A stretch of DNA of 64,000 bases from Macrostomum hystrix (Eukaryota; Animalia; Platyhelminthes): positions 806,001 through 870,000 of the forward strand of contig CATNEN010000037.1 of NCBI GenBank assembly GCA_950097015.1. The letters are read 5' to 3'. Made by a program: the position numbers and the translations under genes. Of the stretch, positions 36,939 to 47,142 are shown in pieces (positions within the stretch are counted from its first letter, which is position 1; each line of letters starts with the position of its first letter). The notes under the pieces are model-generated. The model was not told the origin of the DNA and searched no databases. It worked only from the letters and a program-made list of their open reading frames with translations.

Positions 36939-37675
36939 TACCTTTTAACAGTGTTGTTGGGCATAAGTGAAATTTATCTAGTCCAAGTGCTCCTACCACT
37001 GAGCGAAGTAAGTTTGATTTAGTCGCTTCAATTAGCTTGCAGCCATAGACGGTGAATTCAATATAGTCGTTTTTAGCGCGCGCAACGAGATCGTGACTTC
37101 TATTTAGTCAAAGTGAAATGAATACGGTCAACGAGATCGTAAACTTTCATGAAAGGCGCAAAAACACATAAGATGTGTAAGATGTTCACGCTCGCATTCT
37201 GGAGCGTGAACTGGAAGACTGTATGAGCGCAGTTACACAGCTGCACTGCGAAGCCTGGTACCGAGAAAGTCTGCGCTATGTACCGCGCTGCATAGCCATG
37301 TAGGACATCGTTGCCTAATTGAACACTGAACAGTTTTGTTTGCCTGACGGTCACTAGTTGTGTGCTGCCATTGCATCTTACACCTTACATCTTACACCTT
37401 ACATCTTACATCTTACATCTTACATCTTACATCTTACACATCTTATGTGTTTTTGCGCCTTTCATGAAAGTTTACGATCTCGTTGACCGTATTCATTTCA
37501 CTTTGACTAAATAAAAGCTACGATCTCGTTGCGCGCACTAAAAACGACTATATTGAATTCACCGTCTATGGCTGCAAGCTAATTGAAGCGACTAAATCAA
37601 ACTCACTTCGCTCAGTGGTAGGAGCACTTGGACTAGATAAATTTCACTTATGCCCAACAACACTGTTAAAAGGTA
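36939..37675. mobile_element. Foldback MITE with TIRs of about 245 bp, TA target duplication (Tc1/mariner type)
   Basis: 36939-37184 is the near-perfect reverse complement of 37431-37675; ends TA|TACCTTTT...AAAAGGTA|TA; internal (CATCTTA)n at 37373-37445. Confidence 0.9.
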
Positions 37676-37689
37676 TATTCTAAGTATAA

Positions 37690-40024
37690 GATAATACCCC
37701 CCAAAAACGTTTCTTTGGCTGCGCCTCGGCCAAGAAACGAGTCCTCAGACGACTTCATGGCCATAGACAACGCTTTTGGGGGGTATTATCATATTTAATC
37801 TTAGGCATGGTACAGCCTGGAACCCTCCCGAAAGTTGACTATGGCCGTGAAGATATTCTGCGAGGCTACATAGTTAGCTGTTTATGTCCAAAAAGACAGT
37901 TTACTCGGCTGTTCAACTGAATCAATTGGCATGGAAAGCAGAGCGTCTTTAGACCCGTCGGAGTTTTTTATATCTGCTGAGCTGCTCGACTTCTACGAAG
38001 AGAAGCACGAAGGAGTCCAACGCTTCAAGATGATGACAAATGAAGACATTGAAAGAGAGCTGTTGGCAAGCGCACCTGCGTCAACGAGGAAAAAGGCCGA
38101 TTGGGCTATGAGCGTCTTTACCGCATGGCACGAGGCCAAGAAGACTGCTTGGGCTGATGGATCTGCTCCTGGTCTGATGGTGATTAAGAGTTGCGAAGAA
38201 ATGAGCAAAGCCGATCTGAACTACCTGCTTAAGTTTTTTGTATTTGAAGTGCGAACCCACGAAGGCGAACGATACACCGCATCGACGTTAAAAGACCTGT
38301 TTTCGATGATCCAGTACTACTTTCAAAACACCCTAAAGAAGGATTGGAGTTTCTGGAAGGATCCTGAATTTTGCGAGAGTCGACGAGCGTTGGATGCCTC
38401 GATGAAGCTGTCAACGAGGGATGGAAAATGGGCTGGACTCCGTCGAGCTGAAGCAATTCCGTGGTCTGTCGAGGACGGCCTCTGGGGCTCCGAACTTCTT
38501 GGAGAGTCGACACCTCAAGCTCTGTCCAATGCGATTGTGTGGCTTGTTGGCAAGCACTTTGCTTTGCGTGGTGGTTCTGAGCTCAGAGATTTGCAATTTG
38601 AGAAGCAGATTCGACTGGATTGCGTCGATGGGAGCGAGTGCCTTAAGTACGTGGACAATTCTGTGACGAAGACACACCAGGGCGGACTGAAAGGGTTGCG
38701 ACGGGATCCGAAGGTCGTCCGTGCATTCCATTCTTATGGCCATGAGCGATGCATCGTGTGCATCTATAAGGCTTACATCGCGAAGCGACCTGAGGACTGT
38801 GACCAAGCGCTGTATTTGACGCCCGGTTCTGGGCTCCGGGAAAGTCTGGTGGATGGTTCACGAAAACGCCGATGGGTCGACACTCTTTGGCCGGACTTGT
38901 GTCCAACCTGATGTCTAAGGCGGTGCCGGAAGATTCTGGACGGTACACCAACCAGAGCTTGCGGAAGACAACTGCTACCCGACTACACGACGCTGGCATT
39001 GAACGCGCGGACATTTGTCGGATCACAGGTCATAGTAGTAGTGCCGTTGAACGCTACATTGGCATGTCTGTTAGCATGCAACGTCATACTAGTGCCATCA
39101 TTGGCGGGAATTCGACGAGCAAGACTTCCGACGCCAATGAAGCGGCTCTCGCTGTGGCTCTGGCTGTGGATGGTCTAGAGACGCCTCTGGTGGCTCCCAA
39201 CGCCAATGAAGCGGCTCTTGCTGTGGCTCTGGCTGTGGACGGTCTAGAGACGCCTCTGGTGGCTCCCAACGCCAATGAAGCGGCTCTTGCTGTGGCTCTG
39301 GCTGTGGATGGTCCAGAGACGCCTCTGGTGACTCCCGACGCCAAGAAAACGGATGTCGTCGCGCTAGAGAAGGTTGGAATTTCTGTTTTGGAACCGAAAG
39401 GCAAGAAAATGAGAATAGAAGCTGACGGAGCTAACAACAAGGTAGTGATCTATTTCGACTAATGAAGAGCGTGTAGACTTGACAATTTCGTGTAACAATT
39501 CTTGTGATGTCTATCTGCCAGCTGTTGAGTTCGTGCTGTTCTGTCATGCTAATAAATTACTGTTCATTATGTTCTGCTTATCCTTAATTTTGAATTTTGC
39601 TATATGGCGTTTAATGGCCCGGTCAATTAAATTACAGATTTCTTGGCCCGGCCAGTTAAATGACAGCCATAGACTGTTGGCTGGGCCATGCCGGGGATTA
39701 AGTATATGTATTTCGTTTCTTGGCCGAGGCCCAGAAGCGCAGTGCGAAGCCGTTCCAAGGCCATAGACAACGATTTCAGGGAGGTATTATAGTATTTAAT
39801 CCTAAAGCTTGGCCCAGCTCACGAGATTGCAAACCAAAAACTGTTTACAGCAACTGTGACCATAGACTATATGTTTAATCGATTAAATAATAAATGCACA
39901 GAATTAATAGCCAATAGGCCGGGCCAAGCTGGGGATTAAATGGTTTTAGCTGATTCGGCATTTTTTTAAGTTTACAAACACGACAGCTCGGATAAACAAT
40001 TCGCAGACAAATTTGTCTATGGCC
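37690..40024 (+). mobile_element. Crypton-like tyrosine recombinase transposon with hairpin/inverted-repeat ends (boundaries approximate)
   Basis: Contains a DUF3504-type YR gene. 18-bp perfect IR 37723-37740 / 39713-39730; a direct repeat of about 60 bp at 37759 / 39759; terminal hairpins. Confidence 0.7.
37931..39462 (+). pseudogene. Tyrosine recombinase (Crypton/DUF3504 family), frameshifted near 38823
   Basis: STRKKADWA, FVFEVR...G.RY...TL, HFALRGGSE (R), KTHQGG (K), CIVCIYKAY, LYLTP; then in the -1 frame WFTKTPMG, YTNQSLR (H>Q, R), ITGH (H) and ERY (Y). Confidence 0.85.
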
Positions 40025-40192
40025 AAAAGGGTGGGTTTTCGTGGCAGCCAGCGAGCGTTAATTCCCAGAAGCTAAAGTGGGATGATTGAGACATCCACAT
40101 ATACTATATTTAACATAGTATAGTGTCTGTGGACACATCTATAGGATATTATCATCTGTACGATAGCCGCAGCCTAGAGTTCACCATATAGG

Positions 40193-40372
40193 GGGTGAGT
40201 TGCAGAACGGTCTAACTCGTTTGCCTCTCGCACCAAGGTCCCTGAGCTCGATTCCGCCGCGAGGCCACATTCATTTAGGGCGCAGCCGCGGAGTGAAGGC
40301 TTGGGGGCATATCGTGGAAGCACGACGATGAGAAAGTATATGGCAGATGTACACTCAAAATGTACATTCAAG
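40193..40372 (+). mobile_element. tRNA-derived SINE, family A (3' truncated)
   Basis: GAGTTGCAGAACGGTCTAAC...GAGCTCGATTCC; colinear with the copy at 46086. Confidence 0.8.
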
Positions 40373-40400
40373 TCTATAGGCTTTGAATGCAAACAAAATC

Positions 40401-43400
40401 ATGCGTTCATGTATGGCCATTATTGCAGTCAGTCTATTATCCGAATGCGCTAAGGATAGCAGGAAACTAGTTTTCTGCGGCTACCTGTGTCGCAGGGAGA
40501 TAACAGCAGCAACAAGCAGTGGCTCCTCTGCTTCCAGTTGCGACAACGCGCAACTTGATTACAGGTGTAAGCGCCATTTTATACACTTTACCAAAAATTA
40601 AAATTCTAAAATAAACATACATTAATAGTTGCGGAATGGACTATTTAAAACTCAGTTGCCTTCTACTGGGCTGTCCTGCAAGCGAAACAGCTCTTCCTGT
40701 TTCACAATGAGGATAGTAAGCAGTGCCTGGAGGTCATTGTGCTCAGCCAGTTTGTGTAAGTCACATTATTTACTTACTAAAGTCACATCTACTCACACCA
40801 GTCTTATCTACTCACTCCAGTCTCATCCACTCACTCCAGTCTCATCGACTCACTCCAGTCTCATCCACTCACTCCAGTCTCATCGACTCACTCCAGTCTC
40901 ATCCACTCACTCCAGTCTCATCCACTCACTCCAGTCTCATCCACTCACTCCAGTCTCATCCACTCAGATTTAGTCTTGTCAAATCTCCACAGCTGCGAGC
41001 CGGATTCGTCAGCGATGCATTTCAACTGGCCCAAAGGCTTCAAGAGCTGCTGCTTGAAGGCCGCCTCGGACACCGGCAGCTGCGGCAGTCAGGATTCGGC
41101 GCAGCAGCACCAGCTTGGCTGGTGGCCCAGTCAGTACCAGTGGCAGGCGCACATCCGGGATCAGGTTGCCATGGCCCGCGAGAATCCGGCCGCAGCCCTG
41201 GCTGAGTGCCGTCAGCTGCTCATCGCGGCTAACGAATGGCTATTGCAGTCCTGCGATGCCGGCAACGGTGGAAGCTTCGAAGAGCCGCAGCTGCCTTCCA
41301 GGAAGGCGAAACCGAAGCCCAACATAATCGGCTTGCTGAAGCGACTGCGTACCAACAGCCGAGAACGGAGCAGCTACGGCGGCAGTGGCACCGACGACAA
41401 CTCCAGTGTGGACCCTTTGAAGAAAAGCGCCAAAGCTGATGAAGAGAAGAGGAAGGAGGAGGAGGAAGAGGAAGAAATGTACCTATCGTTAGACGATGCA
41501 TCAGCTGGCATTGAACACGAAGCAATGACAATTAAAGAGGCAGCGTCGTCATTGCCGGAAGAAGAGGCCTACGAAGTGCCAGACGGGGACCCACAGGCCG
41601 TTGTCGCTATTCCGTCGAGGCCGCTGCCGCTGAAGCCGAAGCCGAAGTCAATTCCGAACATCACGCCAGCGCTTCTCAGCGCTCATCAACTCCGCCCGAC
41701 TCCGGCTCCGCGCGGCAGCAGCAGCGGCAGCGGTGGCAGCGGCGAAAGCGTCGGCGTTGCTGCCGATACGATGCCGAGAATGCAAAAGCCAACACAGCAA
41801 CTACCTTTGCAAGCGGGTAATGCAGACTCGAACACACCCGCCATTGCCACTTCTACTCCCGCCGTCACAGCGTCAGGAGCCAGTCTGTGGGAGCAACTAG
41901 TCGATGGCGAAGCGTCAGACGCCACTGTTAGCTACTTTTATTACTCATTCGACTGTAACAGCACGCAAAAAGGCGATGCCGTCAGGCAAGTGTCAGGAAT
42001 CGGGAATCTAGACTCATTTGGGAAATTTGGGAAATTAACATTTCCATGTACACTGAAAGCGTACAAAAAAAGCGAGGCGTGAGGTGGGGCGACTAGGCGT
42101 CAGCTGCGGTGTAGGAAAACTAATACATTCCTTCCAGCCAATCAACGCCGAGCTAGAAGTTCTTGTGCTATTTATAGAAAGAAATTCCCTCTCACTCTTT
42201 TATCTGGCTTGGCCCTTCAGCGAGCTGGAAGCGGCTCCAACCGGCAGCTTTCTGGTGCAAGGTTGCTCCAGCGGGCGCGGCGGCCATCTGCGGCTGCTGA
42301 CGCTGCTGGTTAGAAGCGCCGATTCCACCAATAAAATCAGCCGCTACACAATCAAAGAGGCCGCCGGTGAAGTCCAGATTGCCGGCGCCACAACAGAATG
42401 TAGCCACTCCGGCATTCTTCGCCTATTGTACTATTATCACATCTACGACCTGCCGCTGTGCAAGACTCAGCCGCTGCGTCTTGTCCGACCTCTGCGTCTT
42501 TCCGGGTGAGCGAAACGTCTCTTAAAATAAAGAGGAAATCCCAGGAAAAAAATTAATTAGCCCTCTTCTATCGCCTGGCCACAGGCGGTTAAGTTTTCTT
42601 AGTGCCGCAATCTGGTGCCTTGGCAACAAGCCTCTGTGCCTGAGGTGAGGAGTCTTTCTAGACCAACAGTTTTATACGCTATCGCTTATTGATTTAGTCA
42701 AACTCACGTAATTTTATTCCATTTACCGATCCAGTCTGTTAGACAAAGCTCCGGAAGGCACCTTTGCCCTACTGATGGATCAGCAGACGATGCAGCTCTC
42801 GCTGTACGCCACCACAAAGGACAGACAGACTGTCAAAATGCGCATAAATTCTGATTTTAAAAACTGTGGACCACGGGAGGCTGTAAGTCATTGGATAGTT
42901 ATAACCAATACAACCAGCCTTAGCCCCCACAGACAGCCATCTCACTCCCTATCCCCCACAGACAGCCACATCACTCCCTAACCCCCACAGACAGCCAACT
43001 CACTCCCTAACCCCCACAGACACCCACCTCACTCCCTAACCCCCACAGACACCCACATCACTCCCTAACCCCCACAGACACCCACCTCACTCCCTAACCC
43101 CACAGAAAGCCACCTCACTCCCTAACCCCACAGAAAGCCACCTCACTCCCTAACCCCCACAGACAGCCACCTCACTCCCTAACCCCCACAGACATGCAGC
43201 CATCTCACTCCCTAACCCCCACAGACAGCCACCTCACTCCCTAACCCCAAAGAAAGCCACCTCACTCCCTAACCCCCACAGACAGCCACCTCACTCCCTA
43301 ACCCCCACAGACAGCCACCTCACTGCTTAAATCTACACGTTCACAAGCCTTGATAGCTACTTTTTTCTTTCTTATTAACTTGCCTCTTGATTTCCAGCCG

Positions 43401-45671
43401 AAATTCTGGGTGACCGACACAGAGAAATTCGATTCTTTGGAAGACTTTCTGTTGCACTCTCATCGGCAAAGCCTCTGCGTGCTTTCCGGGGAATCCGGCA
43501 AAAATCACGTGTATCTGCGCCTGGCAACTCCTTGCCAATTGTCTGAGTGAGTTTGTGCGGCCTTTAAGAGTAGAGGACCACGGGGCTATTTCAAAACTTT
43601 GATCCTTTTGGTGGACTTTCTAGGAAAATAGGGCATTCATTTTGGTAGGTATCGAGAAGTAGGCAGCGGGTATTTGAAACACCCAGGGTTAAAAAATATC
43701 GTGGACTTTCTACTGTTAATTATTGCACAGATGGATAAAATTAAACATTTCTCTATCTTTTTTTAAAATGAAACATGCAGACAATTTCAAGCCAATCTGC
43801 AGCTTCACCTGGCTAGTCACGTGACAGAGGAGTACGCCGAAATCCCCAATGGCGGCAGCAGCGGCGGCGGCTCGCTGATTGTGTCCACCAGGCGACTGGA
43901 CTCCGTCAGTGTGAGAACGGAGACACCGCTAGACGGAGATGAGGGCCGGCCGATGCTAACCGCGGGCAGTGGTCAGCGGGCGTCTGCCGTGCTGATTGAG
44001 GAGGCTCGAGTTCGCGGATTCCAAGTGAGCGAGATGTTTCAGTGATAATGATTTGAGCAATTTCGCCCTAGAAAAAACACATTATCCAAAACCCCATGAC
44101 CGAAACACCAAGGAGTAAAAAATCTTTGAAAAGATATCATGATCCATAATCCCAAGACCCAAAATCCCATGACCGAAATCACGTGACCCAAAATCACATG
44201 ACCCGAAATCACGTGACCCAAAATCACGTGACCCGAAATCACCTGACCCAAATTACCGTAATATACCTTTTGTCAATTGATTTCGCAAAAAAGCCAATTG
44301 ATTTCCCCATTAGCTGAAGTCGAAAGCGAGGGCCCAACTAGCCTTCTCGACCATAGATAAGTCCAAATGAATTCCCTTAAGTCCAATTGATTTCCCTCAA
44401 TTCAACGTGTTTTAAGCATACTCTCCGGGGAAATCGATTGGAGTTGTTTCATTCTGTTGTCTGTGGTCGAAATCGAGGATTCATAGTTAGTCTTTGCCTA
44501 CAGCGCAAATCTGGCATGTACAAGAGAACAGAGGTCATCAACCACTATGCTGCGCGGGCACTACACTACAGTATCGGAGAAGGACCAACAGAGAATCGCT
44601 CAATCGTATGTCCGAGGTGAAGACTGGAGGCTCCTGGCGAGACAATTGCAGATTAAACCAAGAACCGCCAGGTCTATCATTGAGGTATTTGAAAGAGACG
44701 GAAGAGATCATTGTCTGGCCAAGGGTGGCAATCGACAGAAACATCTGAATGAGGAAATGATGGAGCACCTGATAACAATAGTCGAACAAAATCCCACCTG
44801 CACTCTGCAAATGATGCGCAGTGGTCTTTCAGTGCGGTGGCCTGCATTGGAGACCATTGGCCTGAAGACTATCAGTCGTGCACTGGACAAGCAGTTAATT
44901 ACGTTAAAAAAGCTTCGTACTGTCACGGACGATTGGAATTCGAACATCACCAAAGAAGCTCGCTTCCAGCATGCCAGTTGGATGCTAAACGAAGGAAACG
45001 GACAGCACTGCATCTTTCTGGATGAGTTTGGCTTCAATGTATGGACCGCCAGAACGCAAGGCTGGGCAAGGATGGGCGAGCTGAATCGACGTACTGAATC
45101 TGGACAAGTGTCGCCAATGGTGTCACCACGTCATGGTGTACTATCAGCGGTGCCTCGAATATGCCAATATCTTCCAGTGACGTACGCCAAGTACGGCAAA
45201 GCTAACTTCATAACTTTCATGACCCGCATGACCCGAAACCTGGTTATTTGTTCAATCTTTGTTACTTTGTTTCATTTGTTACATAGGTTGATGACCTCTG
45301 TTCTCTTGTACATGCCAGATTTGCGCTGTAGGCAAAGACTAATTATGTACATGTTATATATTATCTGTGACTTCAGCTAATGGGGAAATCAATTGGCTTT
45401 TTTGCGAAATCAATTGACAAACGGTATATTAATTCCAAACCTGAAATCGCTTTACACAAAGTCTCCAAGACACCAACAATTTCTAGTGATTTAGGCACCT
45501 AACAACAACAATTATCCCATATAGCTCGTACTATCTAGGCTATCAGTGCTTGACGTTGTTGTTATTTTCTTCCAGTTTATCTACAGAATGGAAGGCCGTC
45601 CTGATATTCGATTCGGCAGCATGGACAAGCTTCTCATGTACGCCATGCACCATCCGGAAAAATTCCGCTGA
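40401..45671 (+). CDS. PH / Pro-rich / SH2 adaptor, paralog 1 (SH3BP2-like architecture plus an extra SH2-like module), about 627-631 aa. Exons 40401-40566, 40656-40755, 40993-41985, [A 42221-42505 or B 42735-42882 + 43398-43546], C 43781-44024 + 45576-45671
   Basis: PH: FCGYLCRR, FYWAVLQAKQLFLF, YQWQAHIR. Linker with acidic Tyr motifs (EEMYLSL, EAYEVP) and PLPLKPKP. SH2 signatures GSFLV/GTFAL and HSGILRLLYYY, FDSLEDFLLH, FGSMDKLLMY. All junctions phase-consistent, including a GC-AG donor at 41986. Confidence 0.72.
40790..40968. repeat. 19-bp intronic minisatellite (TCATCCACTCACTCCAGTC)n
   Basis: Tandem array in adaptor-1 intron 2. Confidence 0.93.
42925..43325. repeat. About 29-bp intronic minisatellite (CACAGACAGCCACCTCACTCCCTAACCCC)n
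   Basis: Tandem array within the cassette-B intron of adaptor 1. Confidence 0.93.
44264..45426 (+). mobile_element. Tc1/IS630-type DNA transposon, internally deleted, inserted in an adaptor-1 intron
   Basis: 58-bp TIRs 44264-44321 / 45369-45426 (57/58 identical) and TA TSDs; a 15-bp array lies just outside the left end (44150-44250). Confidence 0.92.
44547..45180 (+). pseudogene. Truncated Tc1/IS630 transposase
   Basis: HTH region (LLARQLQIKPRTARSII; KGGNR; NPTCTL) and first catalytic Asp (CIFLDEFGFN). The central DDE region is missing after about 45080; the C-terminal remnant CRQWCHHVMVYYQRCL is in another frame. Confidence 0.8.
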
Positions 45672-46085
45672 CCCATTGTTTTTGCCAAAATATTCACTAA
45701 TTCTTTCTCGTGCAGAAATTCATTAAAATTTGAAAAGTAAATTTTGTTATTAACTCGTATTTCGTTATCTTCTCGCTTCGCAGTAAAAAGTAATTTTTTT
45801 TCGATATTCAAAGCTATTTAAAAAATTGATTGTTTTTAAACTCTAAAGTGCAATCTTTCAGGAGAGTTTACATTTTTTTGTTTTAATACGCTTATTGGAA
45901 CAAGTTTAAATATAATTATTAAGAATATTCTAATCGATGCTTCATGCCATTATTTACTTGGATTTTCGGTTTGTAACTTTGAAGAACGACTTCCTTATTA
46001 CTTTTCACAACTGTATGAACAATTTTGTGTACATTTCATGGGTAACAAACAACGATAATTATAATAAACAAAGGTCGTTTAAGGT

Positions 46086-46406
46086 CTGAGTGGCAGAGCG
46101 GTCTAACGCTTTTGCCTCTCTCACCAAGGTCCCTGAGCTCGATTCCGCGGCGAGGCCACATTCATATGGGGTGTAGGCCACGGAGAGAAGGCTTGGGGGG
46201 CTTGTCGTGCCATTATCGACCTTGAGGGCCAACCTCCAAGGCACAGTGAGAGTGTGCACTGCCTGACGATGAGAAAGTCAGTGCAGATGTACAAGCCTGT
46301 GTGAGTGTGTGTCTGCGTACAGTATCTGTGTACGTGTGTGCTCAGGAGTCAGCGAAATGGGCAGAATTGCCTCCTCGCTGGCTGCGGGCCTAGTTTCACC
46401 AAATGA
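46086..46406 (+). mobile_element. tRNA-derived SINE, family A (longest copy)
   Basis: A-box TGGCAGAGCGG, B-box-like GAGCTCGATTCC, body and 3' stem-loop shared with 30335-30565; a further fragment at about 52165-52230. Confidence 0.82.
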
Positions 46407-47142
46407 TGTACCATTGCCTGCAGCCCTCCTGCAATTATTAACATTAATAATAATATTATTTTAAGGTCCTTTTACCCACAAGTACATCAGCATGAAACAA
46501 CGGATGTTTGAAAAACTCCTACTAGATTGTCATGCCACTTCATTCCGATAGACATGTGTTAGACATAAATGACACATTCATTTATTCCAATTTACTTTTG
46601 TTATAAGCCTAGCAGTGTTCTTTAGGAGAAATACTTCAGTAGAGATAAAAGAATAAATACGTTTTTCTCCCACAAAATTAAGTGATACCGCTACACGCCA
46701 ATTGAATCCTCAAATAGTCATTGTATGAAACTTCTTTTCGACTGGCAATCGTCTCTGACGCCAGAGCCCATTCGTCTGAACGATGTTACAATATATTCTC
46801 GTCACCATGCGCCGAGACCTCAAGGATGTCTGATTTCTGGCTTGAGAAGTGCCACTGCAAAGTGACTGCATAGATCGCACATTGAGGCATGCACACACTT
46901 AGATTTGAGCAGAAGCAACTCCTTATTAAAGGTGAAAGAGCATGGATACATTTTGGACACTGTCTTATCTATTCTACTATCGGAAATTCCATTTCTGTTG
47001 GCAAGAAAAATAGAGCAAAAGATCTGATCTTAAAAAGACAAGTTAGCACAGTGTTTACCAGTTAGTCACTGGTTTGACAGTAAGCTAACTGATATATTCT
47101 GTTGAGTTTTCGTCGAATTAAAAATTCGATTTTTTGGCAATA

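Noticed and set aside
38836-38846. Programmed -1 frameshift at GGGAAAG in the recombinase
   Set aside because: The heptamer is in the downstream frame rather than the upstream one; a 1-nt deletion or sequencing error is simpler.
42925-43325. Interstitial telomeric sequence (CCCTAA in each 29-bp unit)
   Set aside because: Only one hexamer per unit, with no tandem TTAGGG run.
46086-46165. tRNA genes at SINE heads (also 25268, 40193, 32003)
   Set aside because: A/B boxes are present but the acceptor and anticodon stems do not form, and the copies continue into a shared SINE body.
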